Shown: positions 1-12,061 of the stretch, one piece after another
Numbering within the stretch: position 1 is the first letter of the stretch
Layout: each line of letters starts with the position of its first letter
Assembly: GCA_001643675.2 (NCBI GenBank)
Contig: LSRY02000097.1
Location: 1-23,877, forward strand
DNA: 23,877 nucleotides
DNA from: Monocercomonoides exilis PA203
Taxonomy: Eukaryota; Protista; Preaxostyla
Direction: 5' to 3'
Translations under genes and position numbers: made by a program
The notes under the pieces: model-generated
Databases searched by the model: none
Seen by the model: only the letters and a program-made list of their open reading frames with translations
Told to the model about the DNA's origin: nothing

Positions 1-3000
1 CGATGCAGCCACCACATCGTTGTTCACTTTCATTGAGAATCGAAGAGCACTCTTTATTTGAGCAAACTCTCTGTTGCATCCATCTTCTTCATCCTCTTTC
101 ATCAGAGCCTCAAAAGACTCACTGCTCATTTCGTCTTCATTTGAATTCTCCACCTGACTCTCTTTGTTCCAGGCGATGGATTGCTGATGATCCTTCGCTG
201 AATATCGCTGTCAGAATTAAGCATCACTCCATTCTCAAACTCCGCAGCATTATAAGCCCTCTGCTTCTTCTTCTGTGCCCTCAGCTTCTTTCTCTCTCTC
301 TTCAAAGCTCTTCTTCTTTCTCTCTCAACTACTTTCCTTCTCCTCTCCATTTTCCTCAATCGCCTCTTCTCCTTTGTCAGCAGCCCTCCATCCTGAAATT
401 CTGTGTCTGACCATCTGTGTGCCTGGTCTGTGCCTTCGCTCGTTGTGATGTCTGAGGAAGGCAGCTCAATTGTGCTCATGCTGATTTGCCCATCTGACTC
501 AGCTGCTGCTGTTATTGATGAGTCAGATGCAGAGTCAGACGAGGAAGACAAATGAAGCGTAGATGAAGTCGATCTCCCCGAGTTATCTTCGCTTTGATCG
601 CGATTCTTCTGAAAACTGTTACTTCTTGACTTCAGTGCAGGAGCAATACTCTCAATTCCATCGTTGTATTTATCCTTGACACACCAACCAGGAATGAACT
701 GCTCTCCATTCCATCTACCTGAAAGAGACGCTGATTCAGCAATTTCTTTGCTTGCCTTCTTTTCTCTTCCAAAAGCACCGACCGCAACGCCTGCTCCATC
801 AGCTCTTCTTCATCTACTCCATCAAAATAGTCATCTTCTTCCTCCTCTGCATCTGTCTCAATCGTCCCATCAGCCTTCACAGAAGAGCTGCTGAAGTCAT
901 CCATTTGCTTCTGCGTGCTGTCTTCCTCTGTCTCTTCGACTTCTCTCTCATCCACATTCGAATCCCATTCCTCATTCTTTTGATCAGCACTCTCTGTTTT
1001 GTGATGGGCTTTATCTCTTTCTGTTGTAATCTTTTCATTCGACGATCTTTCACGTTGCTCATTCTGAATAGCCTTCTCCAATGAAAAGACAATCACACTT
1101 CCTTTTTGTCTGAGGAAGAAGTGTTTGTCTGTGTCGATTTACGTGGTTCTTCAAAGACTTCCTCTTTCGCACTCTCGTTTGCATCAACCACAATTCTGAT
1201 TGATTTCTTTCCTTCTTTCTCATCATCATCGGAATCTTCTTCTTTTGCGTTCCGACTATCATCTGAGTCATCATCATCTTTCACACTTTTTGAATAGCTT
1301 CTCTCTCTGCTGTCTGATGCATTTGAATGGCGTGTCTTGGCTGAAGTGTGCTTGTGCCTTCTTCGATGTGTTGAATGCTTGTTGGATCTCTTTTTTCTTC
1401 TCTGAAGACTTCGAAGAAGAGGAAGATGAAGAGGATGCTGAAGAATCTGAGGAAGAAGAAGAAGAAGTCGACGATGATGAGGCCTCTCGTTCTTTCTTCT
1501 TCTTTCTTTTGTTTCTTCTTTTGTTACTTCCTTCCGTCGATGAGTATTTGTTTGAAGCAGATCTTGACTTGGACTTTTGCCTTGTCTTCGATTTTGAAGA
1601 AGAAGAAGAAGAAGATTCAGAATTTGTGGATGTTTGTGAGTCAGAGACAGACACAGTTGTCTCAATTTCACTTTCATCTTCTGTTTTCTTTTCTTTCTCT
1701 GTCTCGCTTTCCCTTTCTCTTTCGCTCTCTCTTTTCGCTTCTTCCTCTCGTTCTCTTCCTCTGATGTGCAGTTTCCCTGTGTTGCCGATGCTTCTTCTTC
1801 TCCTCTTTCTTCTCATTTGAATGCGACCTCTTTCTCCTCTTTATGTTCGGCGAATTCACTCCAACCTGAAATTGCGTGTGAACTTTTGTGGCAAAATGCT
1901 GAGAAATAGAATAAGCTGCAATCGCCTCTTCTTCTCTTCTCTCTCTTCTCTCTTTCTCTCTCTTTCCCTGTCTCTTTCTTCTTCGTCTTCATTTTCTGAA
2001 GCAAACTTGTCTTCTCCTTTCTCTGCTCCTTTCTCTTCCTCCTTTCCTCTTTCATCATCATCCTTCTTTCTGTCTCCAGCCTCACCACAACTGATGTTAG
2101 CAGCGCCGGAAACAGTGCTGCCTCTTCATTCTGCAGTGATGAATACACATCAGACGAGTGTGAGAAAGGAGTAGGTGTGACAGGCGGTGACAGAGATGAA
2201 GAGAACATCGAGCAGAGCGAGCTGGCAGGCGACAGCATCGGCTGCACATGAACACCTGAGGGAGGAGAGGCAGGGGCGAGGAAGATGTCTGAGTGAGAAT
2301 CAGAACTCTGTGGCAGCTGTGGTTGATTGGCGATTGTGGGGAGGAGCTGGTGGAAGAGCCGAGGGAAGGCGTGGGGAACATGACAGGGGAGTGGATGGAG
2401 GAGGAAGCGAAACGAGAGCGGGAGGAAGTTGGAGAGTGTGATTCAGAGCTCGTTGAAGAGGAAGAAAGAAGCAGTGCCTGCGGAAGACGTGGGGCATCAT
2501 GGGCGGTGTGGCTGAAGGGGAGACAGGGAACATCATTGAGCCGAATGAAGCACAGCTGGAGGAGTGGTGGGTGGTGGCACGGGAAGAGAAGGAGGAAGAG
2601 GAAGAGGAAGGAGAAGTTGAATGAGAGTGAGAGTGAGAGCGAGAACGGGAATGTGAATGGGAATGAGAACGTTTGGTGTTTGAGGGGAGTTACTGCGAGA
2701 ACGAGAATATTTGGAAGAGAAAGAAGAAGAATTAGAAGAGAAGGAAGGAGGAGAAGAAGAGGAAGAAGAGGATGAAGAAGTGGTAGAAGAATAAGAATTA
2801 GAGGCAGAATGGTAAGTAGTGCGAGATCTGTTGCTTCTGGAAGTAGATTGAGTATTGTGTCTGTGTCTGTGCACAGAAGAGTGACGATGGCGATGGCTGT
2901 GCTGAGAAGAGGAGCGAGCTCTGTCTGTTGAGTGGGAGACTGATAAATAAGAAGAGAAGGAACAAAGAGAAGAAGAAGAAGAAGAAGATGATGATGATGA

Positions 3001-6000
3001 GTGAGTGGAGGAAGAGGAAAGAGAGACAAGAGTGGAGAAGAAGGAGAAGATGCGTTATTGTTGTCATCGTTGTTGTTGTTGTTGTTGGAGGAGGAGGAGG
3101 AAAAAGAAAAGAGAAAGCACTTTCATCAGACGAGGTGGATGAGAGTGTCAGTGTGGTTGTGTCAGAAGAGGAGTCATCGTCTTTCTTTGACGAAGAAACG
3201 GAGTTATGTTTTGATGAGGATGCTGAAGATGTTGAAACAGACACATTTCTCTTTGGAGATTCTGATTCCAAATGGCTTTTCTGTCTGTTTTTCGCTTTTC
3301 GATGCTTTCTTCTTCGTTTTCCTTTGAGCTCTTTCTTCTTCTGCTTCTGTTTCTCTCTTGTTTCGTGCTGGCATGCGCAGTTGCTTCTTTGTTGTCTTCT
3401 TTTGAAGGTGAATTCGAACCAGAAAATGTTGCTTTGCCTTTTCTTCTTCTTTTGCTCCTTCTTTTTCTCCTTCATCTTTATCATTCATTGCATTTCCCTT
3501 CGTCTTTCCCTTTCTTCGTTTTGTGGTGTTTCTTTCTTCTTCTCTGCCTTTCCATCTCTTTCTGTCTCTTTCTTATCTCTTTTCCTGTTTCTCCTTTTCT
3601 TCTTCTTCTTCTTCTTCCTTTTTGGTATATTTTCTTCTTCATTCGCTTTGTCTTCAGCTTCTTCTTTCACTTCGTCCTCTTTTGATTAATTGACTTATTC
3701 TTCTTAGTTGACACGTCTTTGTCATTCTTTGCCTCTTTATTTGCTGATAAAACATTATCATTGCCAATGCTCTTCTCATTCACAGACACCCCTTCCTTTG
3801 CTTCAACTCCACTAACATCTTTCTCCCCTTCTTCTTTCCCCTTCAACATCTCATTCTTCTCATTCTTCTCTTTCTCTTCTCCTTCTTCTCTCTTCATCTG
3901 CTTTTTCCTTCTCTTTTCCCCCAGCGGTGCAGGTGGTGACAGAAATAGAGGAGATGGCTGTATTGCCTCCACCACCGCCAGGGGAGACATGCTATAGAGC
4001 CATCCCCATCCTCAGCATCGCCTGCAGACTCTGCAGATGATGAAGGATGGGGCGCTGAAGATGATGATGAGGAAGAGGATGATGAAGAAGAAGAAATGAC
4101 ATTGTTAGTTGAATCTAATGAAGAAGGTGATGATGAAGCATTAGAATTGATAGAGATTTCTATATTCTTCTGTTGTATTCCATTTGTTCCGTTGTTTGCA
4201 TTCGATTTTCTGTTTTGAGCAGATTTTTCTGAACGAGGCGAAGAATGTACAGAACGAGGGTGATATTTGGATGGCAGAGAAGAAATCAAAGAATTAAAGT
4301 GATGCATCATCTGAGCAGTGGGTGTGTTATGTGAAGGTGTTTGATGAGAAGAAGAAGAAGAAGAAGGTGATGATGATGATGATGAATTTGAAGAAGAAGA
4401 AGAAGCAACAAATGGATTCACATTCGAAAGAGTAGCAGTGTGAGTGGAGTGAGTGTGGCGATGGCGATGAGCATCAGCCTGCGAATACGAGTGATGTGTG
4501 CGATGATGATGAGGAAACGATGAGGAGGCAGAAGAACCAGAAGAATACGCAGAAGAGGAAGGAGAAGGAGAAGGAGAAAGAAAAGAGGTTGTTTGCAGAG
4601 GCTGATGCAGTTGCTGACGTTGATTCTGATGCTGATGCTGATGCGAATGAGGAAGAGGGAAAAGAGATGAGTCAGAGGCGACAGCACGTGAGGGAGTGTT
4701 GACAAGTGGATGGAAGATGTTAGATGAGCTGCCTGTTTTTCTATTTGTTGATTCTCATTCTGCTCACACACAGACATCGCCCTGCCAACAGACAGCACAT
4801 CAGAAGAAGGGAGGAAAGGAGCATCTGAAGTGATGTTAGCAGAAGAGGCAGCGACTGAAGAGACAGAAACAGATTGTGTTCTGCGCACTCTGCGTGAGTG
4901 AGAGTGTGAATGTGAATGCGAATGAGGCTGGGTCTCTTTTGAATAGAGCGTGTTGCGGTGTTGGTGGCGGTGAGGGCGTCTGTTGTCTAACGACTGAAGC
5001 GGAAGGAGGTGGGTAGTCAGCAACAGAATGGCTGGAGGAGAAGGAAGAGGCAGGAGGTGACAGATGACAAAACTGGATGTTGGCAAAGTTCTCAATTGTC
5101 ATTCCTTTTGAAGCAGTTGAAGAAGAAGGAGAAGAAGCATCAGATGGTTTATTTGTCTGTGATGAGTGATGATTGTGATGCTCGTGTTTCCCTCTGGAAG
5201 CATGTCCAGCTGTGTGTGAAGAGATGGGTTCGAAGTGCAGATTAAGTGACTGGTTGTTCGCGACAGATGGCAAATTGAATGTGAAAGGCGGAGAATGAGA
5301 AGAGATTGATGTGGAGTGCTTGCGAATTGTCGGGGGAAGAGGATGAGGAGGCGGAGAAGAAGAGCGGAGGAAGTTGTCAGCCTGCTGAGGAGGTGACATG
5401 CAGTTCATCAACAGAGGAGAAATGGCCTTTGAGTGAGTGAAGGAGTGAGAAGAGGACAAGTTTGAATGGCCAGCAGGGACGACAGGGAGTGTCTGTGTCC
5501 TCAGAGTGGAAGGGGCAGAGGAAGGGAGATAGTCAAATGGCAGTTTGTGAGGGGAGCTGCCTGCCATCTGCTCATATTGTGCAAGTGGTGACAGACGATG
5601 TGCTGAGGAAGACTTTAACTCGTTTGCGGGAGGAAGAAAAGGGATTTCTTTCGCTTGCTGTTGAAATCGATGGGTCGCGGAAGATGGAGGCTGTCTCAGT
5701 GAGTGAGCGGGTGAGTGAGAAAGGAACGGTGACTAGCTTGTCTTTATCTTTGTCTTTTGATTCAGAAGAAGAAGAAGACGATGATGATGAAGCAGATGAA
5801 TTTGAAGAAGCTTGTGGTGTGGTGATTGTTGCTGTTGATGTCAATGCAGCAGCAGCTGAAGGAGAAGATGATGGAGACAAAGAAGAGAAGTGAAGTGACC
5901 GTTCATCAGCGTTGTATTCAGCAAAGGCAGAAGAGCGAAGGTGAAGGCGAAGGAGACAGCTGAGAAGGCAATGTTTGTGGCAAGACCTCAGAAAGGGGTG

Positions 6001-8228
6001 CTGGTGGAACAGGGAAATATCCTTTGTGTTCAGGTGGGGCAGTGTAAGATGGCTGAGGAATGTGTTCAGGCGAGTGATGAGAAGAAGGAGGTGAGTGTTT
6101 GTTTGGTGAGTGATCCAGATGAGAAGCAGATGAGGATGAAGTGTGGATCAAGTGGAGGAACGAGGGAGAAGACGAGCGAGGAGGCTGAGGGGCAGATGGG
6201 GATAAAGAGTCCTTGCAGAACTTGGGCGTGTCGAGGGGTCAGCAGAAGGCAGCACCTGCGAATGAGAAGGGCTGACAGATGAATGTTGGTCAATATTTGT
6301 GTGTGGATGGAGCATCTGCACATTTGGTGAGGAGTCCTGATAGAAATGAGACACTTCCACATAATGCTTGGGGTCAGGGACGATGATGTCTGGCTGGGCA
6401 GTGATGACAGTCGGCTTCTCTTCGCTTTGAGACGAGGAAGAATAAGTCAGATGAGACGAGCGATACAATTTGGAGTGGCCTGAAGAAGAAGAAGAAGAGA
6501 GGAGGAGGAGGAAGAAGAAGATGATGAATTGTTTGTTCCAATCATTTTGTTAGTGTTCAACGAGACCAGGAGCAAGAAACAAGACAGAGGAGGATGAGGT
6601 GTGTCTGGCGTAGACAGCACACTCGATGCTGTTGACACAGGCGGAGGCGAATAACCCAGTTCATACGACAGCAGAGGGGTGGCGGGATGGGCGGGGTGGA
6701 TTGAGAAGGCTGTGGACAAGATTGGCTGAGCTCTGAACTGCTTGTCTTTTGAAGGGAGAAGTTGTGCTTCTCAAAGAAGAATCTGAAGCTTCTGTGCTTT
6801 GCGTATCTTTATTTGCACTGTTTTCTTGTTCTTTTTCTTTTTGCCGCTCTTTTTGCTTCTCCTTCTCCTCTTTTCTTTCTCTCTCTCCAATGCTAATTCT
6901 CTTCCCCTCCGGCGCATCTCAAACACCCCAGTTCTGGCTGAATAGTCTGCGCCATTATTTCCCACTCGGCCGTTCTTCTTCTTTTTCCCACTGTTTTCAC
7001 CATCCATTTCGTTGTTCTCTGCATCCCTTTGCCTTTCAGCCTCAACAGCACTCACTCCCATCATCGCCTTTACTCGCTCTTTCTCACCGATGCCTGCTAT
7101 TGTCTGCGACCGCCGCGTACGCCTCATTCGGAATACATTCCAAATGATGTCTTCGTTCTCTATCTTCATTGGCTCATTGTTTGTGGATGGAACACTGTCA
7201 TTCTGTTTTTCTGATATTACTGAACTTTGCAATGGAGTTTGTTTATCAGATGTGGCATTTTCAGTAGAAGATGCTGTCGCTTCTTCTTTTTTTGATGAAC
7301 CATTTTCTATTTTAGTATTTCCATTAATATCATTTAAAGGAGCAGTCTGTTGAGGCTTGCTCTCTGGCTTTGGTGCTTCTTCCTTAGAAATCACAATGTT
7401 ATCTGTAATATTTGATTCCTTATTTTCAACTGAATCTTTCAATTGATTATCTTGTTGAGGTATCTTCGAAGGCAAATTTTCACCAAGGCGATTAATGCAT
7501 TCATTAGAATCTTTTCAACATTATCACTGGACTGCTTAACCATTATTTCTTTGTAATCCAGAACTTCTCCAGAAGTACGCTCATTTTCTTTTTGTTAATT
7601 CAACATTCTCTTTACGACTTTCTTGAATTTTTGATCCATTTTCTTTTTCTGTACTTGTTTCTTTTTTTAGAAGACGCTTTGCTGCAGGAGTTTTTCGTAC
7701 GTTCAATCTATTAAGTTTTTCTCGAGCTCGTGTAGCATTTCTTTCATCTTTCTTTTTCTGCATTTCTTGCAACAACTGGTTTTTCCGTTTTTCGACTTTA
7801 GTCTGAAAAGCAACTTCAGCTTTTTGTTTCTCAAGGTTCAGCTTTAATCGCCGTTTTCGCTCTGTTTTTTCCCATTGCTTTTTCAAATCTGCCGGGGCAG
7901 GTCGAAGAATTGAATACTGCATATATGGCATGGTTGCTTCAGGGAATGGCAAATAAATAAATGTATCGACGAATGGGGAGCTTGATGAAAGCATGTCCCA
8001 TTTCGGCAGACCTTTCAGCATACACGATTGAATACTTGAAATAAATAAATAACAATTCATTTATAAACAAAAAATTTTCAAAAAATTACTTATCAAACTT
8101 TGTGCTAGCTTGGAAACGATAATTTAATACTCTTGCAAATCAGTAAAATGATTTATGGGAAACCTCAAATCATTGTTTTTTGAAAATCATCAAAGCTGCA
8201 AAAACCCTATCACTAGGTCTTCATTCAT
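1..8228 (-). CDS. Giant low-complexity protein of unknown function (>2,600 aa; Ser/Glu/Lys/His/Pro-rich); 3' end beyond left edge; many indels; probable intron 8035-8098
   Basis: Minus-strand ORF fragments (7581-8060, 6771-7475, 6447-6719, 6148-6468, 5918-6151, 5572-5880, 4836-5567, 3894-4421 ... 632-1096, 126-551) can be joined by single-base frame changes, with no AT-rich intergenic island between them. A GTTTGA...TTCAAG 64-nt intron fits at 8098-8035. The start is uncertain: ATG at 8228 needs several indel corrections, while ATG at 8021 would place the intron in the 5'UTR. No domain recognised; the N-terminal region is coiled-coil-like. Confidence 0.6.
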
Positions 8229-8257
8229 TTTAATTTGTTTTTTCATTTGATAAAATG

Positions 8258-8263
8258 ACCCAT
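8258..8263 (+). promoter_or_regulatory. Candidate core-promoter motif ACCCAT upstream of NOC1
   Basis: Ends 22 nt before ATG 8286; the same motif precedes other genes on their sense strand. Confidence 0.4.
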
Positions 8264-8285
8264 TTCATAAAGAAAATTTATATGA

Positions 8286-11200
8286 ATGAGAGAAAATAAA
8301 GAAAAGAAATGGCTTAATGCATTAATACAGAAAGGTACAATAACAGATAAACTATCTGGATTAACTATTCTTGGACAGTCCGCTCGTGATGATGAAGAAG
8401 GTGCAAAGGCTGTCAAACAACTTATTTCAATGATGAAACGAACAGATAGAAGGATCAGTGGAATGGCTATGCAAAATCTTCTGCAATTATTTCAAGTGAA
8501 TCTTCTTCCAAAGAACAAAGAACTTTCTGTAGATGATCCAAAAGATGCTATGATAAAAGAACTTTATGCATCATTTATTCGTGCTGTCAGCGAGAAAGCC
8601 AAAGACACTGTTCTTAATTCCAAATAACCATGCTATAAAAACATTAAGTGAGATGGCCATCATGCCTGAGCAGCGTCTTTCTGTCTTGTCAGAACTCGTT
8701 AACAAACTCGGAGATAATGTGAAAAGTGCTGCTTCACTGACTTCGCATCTCATTATTATTTTATCAAAACGAAGGCCCGCTATAAAGCTATTGATTGTGG
8801 AGGAAATAGAAAGGTTGGTTTATCGTCCAAATATTTCTCAAAGAGCTCAATTCTACGGAATTGTGGCATTGAATGGATTCACATTAGATCCTGCTAAAGA
8901 TGCTTCAGTTGCGAATCAAATGCTTAAATTGTATTTTTCGCTGTTTGACGACATTTTCAAAAGAAATGAAGCGCGCCATGCTGCAAAGCTTGAAGAATCA
9001 AAGAAGAAGAAAAAGAATCGCTGGTCACAAACGAAGGAACACGGAAAGAGAGGAAGAAAAGGAAAACTACTACAGAAAAAGAAGGAGATGCTCGACGAAG
9101 CAGAATCCACAGAACAGCGCCTTCTGTTTGCGGTACTGAGTGGAATAGGACGTGTGATGAACATCGCTGGAGCTGAAAATGCAGCTAAGTTTGAGTCACA
9201 TCTTAATTCGCTCTTTCGTGCATCTCATTCGCATTCATTCGCTTCATCGCTTCGTGCAATGCTTCTGCTGCATCGCCTGCTGAGCGTTCAGGGCATCCTT
9301 CCAGACAGATATTACAACGCGTTGTACGAAAAGCTCTCCGACCCAGAGATGCTCGTGGAGAAAAGCCAGCATCCTCTCTTTTTGGGTTTGGTATTCAAAT
9401 CTTTAGAGGCGGATAGTGTGGATGAGAGGGTGTGCGCCTTCATCAAGCGGTTGCTGGGTGTATGCTTAGTGGCTCAACCTTCGTTTGTGTGCGCCTCGCT
9501 AATGGTTGTGGGAGAGCTGTGCTGCAAAAGGAAGGCGCTGCTGCACACGATGGTGTGCGAAGAGACAGCAACAACAATCAATCCTGCACTGATGCCCCAT
9601 GCCATTGCTCAATCGTTGCTCAATAAACAAGGATCACAAGCGAATGGATTAAAGATGAATATGAAAGGAATGATGATTGTTAATCCCAAGTTCCTGAGGA
9701 GAGACGGAGATGCAGAAAGTGGGAACAAAACAGAGGAAAAGTGGAAACTGTTGAAAAGCAAAGAAGAACTCGAGAAAGAAAAGCAGGAGAAGAAGAAAGA
9801 ATGGATCGAGAAATTGTATGGGAAGAAAGTGAAAGATGAAGGCAGTGATGCTGAAGAGCCAAAGATGACCTCCTTCGCTGCTCCATCAGCACCTTTGGCA
9901 TCATCATCAGCGTTGCTTGCTTTGGACGATGATGAAGATGAGCACTTTGTTGATGCACCAGACATTGATGAAGAAGATATAGAAGCCGAAATCAAGAAAA
10001 GAGAGGAAGCAGCGAGTGAAGGTTCATCTGGACAAACAATCTGTCCAAATTCAGAAATGAAAGCAGAAAAATGTGACTGTGGGCCTCTTCCTTCATCATC
10101 ATCATCATCATCTTCTTCTTCTTCTTCTTCCTCTTCATCTTCTGGAAAGTTGCCAACCAATCCGCTCATTTCAGCAGGTGGGTCTTCCGTTTACAATCCC
10201 TTCAAATTCAATCCTCGTTTTTCGCATGCTGATTTGTCTGCTTTCTGGGAGCTACAGATGCTTTCACTCCATTATCACCCATCAGTCGCGTTTCTGGCTA
10301 ACAAAATTCTTCGAATGGGAAAACATTTGAAGAAGAAATACGATGAGCTCAGAAAGAAATCTGGCTTGATTGAAGAAGAAGAGGAGGAAAAGAAAGAGAA
10401 AAAAGAGAAAGAGAAAGAAGAAGCTGAAACCGAAGCGGAAGAAGAGTCGTGGGAAGTGCATTATGCAGGCGATCCATTTTATGATTTTTCGCTAACTGCA
10501 TTTTTGACAAGGTTTGCTTTCAAACGTCCGAAGATGACAAAAGAGCAGATGGTTGAAAAAGAAAAAGAGCAGAAGATGATGCGAAAGAAAGCGTTGATGG
10601 AAAGCAGGAAAGGAGAAAGAGAAGAATACGAAGATAGCAGTGCAGAGGAAGACGAAGAAGATGAGAAAGAGAAGAAGCAGATGCAAGGCGACGATGATGC
10701 TGCATTCAAAGCATCTGACCTCCTGCCTCCTTCTTCTACCAGCACAAAAGAAGCCTTTTCATCTTCGTTATATCGGATGGGTTCTGTTGCCTTTGCTGAG
10801 CAAAAAGAAGAGAACATCGCTCCACATGAACGCTTCTTCTTCAAATACTTCTCTGGAAATCCAGCTGTATCAAAGAAGAAGATGAAGCAGGAGGAGAAGA
10901 GGAAGGAGAAAGAGAAAGAGAAGCGGAGGTCAGAGAAGATGAAAGAAAGAGGCGAGGAAGACGATGGATTCCCGGGCTTTGGCGACTCAGAGGAAAGCGA
11001 GAATGGATTTGAAGACGATGAGTTGGATGACTATTTGATTAAACTCGAGGAGCAAGCACTTAACAAAAAGAAGGACAAATCCCAAGATGATGACGACGAC
11101 GAAGGAAGCGATGGCGAAGAAGGAGAAGGCAAAGGAAAGAAGAAGAGAAAGTTTGATGTGGATGAAGATGAAGATTCAGAACTGGAGGAAGCACTGAAAA

Positions 11201-11822
11201 GAGAATTTGCGAATGATAGCGATGACGAGGAGGAGGAAGATGAAGGAAACGAAGAGGATGAAGAGGATGAAGATGGTGTTCATGTGGAGGATCCATTTGG
11301 AGAAATGAAAAATCGAAGAAGAAGAAGAGATTCGAAGAAGAAGAAGATGAGGATGAGGATGAAAGCGAAGAAATGGAAGGGATGGACGATGAGATGGAAG
11401 ATGACTATGATGATTACGACAATCTGGAAGACGATGAAAGCCTGAATGACATGGAAGATGAGGTGTGGAGCGAGTCAGATGAAGAAGTGAAACAGATAGA
11501 AGAGGAAGAAAAACGAAAACGAAAAGGAGGAAGAAGCAAGGAATATAACGAAGATGGGTATGGAAGAGAGGAAAGAACAGTGAAGAGAAGGAAAATGGAT
11601 GATGATGATGCACAGTTTGACAGGAAGGAGAGCAGAATATTGAAAAAGAAGTTGCCATCACTAGTGTCGGCAGATGATCTGGATGATCTTGTGGAAAGCA
11701 CACTTCACGAAGAGAAGATTAGACAGGAGAAGAGAATGAGAGAAAGAGAGAGAAAGCAGGGTGGAAAAGCCACTTCATTTCCGATGAAGCCAAAAGGAAG
11801 AGTGGGAAAGAGGATGCACTAA
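8286..11822 (+). CDS. NOC1: Ribosome biogenesis protein NOC1/MAK21 (CEBPZ ortholog, CBF/Mak21 domain); frameshifts near 8622-8627 and ~11305-11335
   Basis: Family motifs: KWLNALIQKGTITDKLSGL; LVNKLGD; IERLVYRPNISQRAQFYGI; DRYYNALYEKL; RVCAFIKRLL; FWELQMLSLHYHPSV; YAGDPFYDFSLTAFLTRFAFKRPK; PHERFFFKYF; C-terminal KKKLPSLVSADD. ORFs 8286-8627, 8566-11445 and 11373-11822 are consecutive pieces. No intron detected. Confidence 0.93.
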
Positions 11823-12061
11823 AAGGTTAATTGCAAAAAGAAGAAAAAATATTTCTTGCACTTCACCCCCTTTTTTTAATTCGTAAAATAAAAACACTTC
11901 ATTACATATAAAAGAACTGAATAAAGTTAAAATTTGTGAAATGATTATTTTTTTTAGTAAAGAAACACTCCATTTCCCCCTTTCCAAACGATACAACATA
12001 AATGCAAACAGGAACAAAGTGAAGTGAATTATTCGAAGTGATTAGTATCCCTGCCTCATCC

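Noticed and set aside
3-7353. Numerous plus-strand ORFs rich in S/L/F or E/R
   Set aside because: Antisense shadows of the minus-strand low-complexity gene; repeats suppress stop codons in other frames.
8610-8635. Micro-intron explaining the NOC1 frameshift
   Set aside because: No GT/GC...AG pair at the junction, and the protein alignment leaves room for only one extra base.
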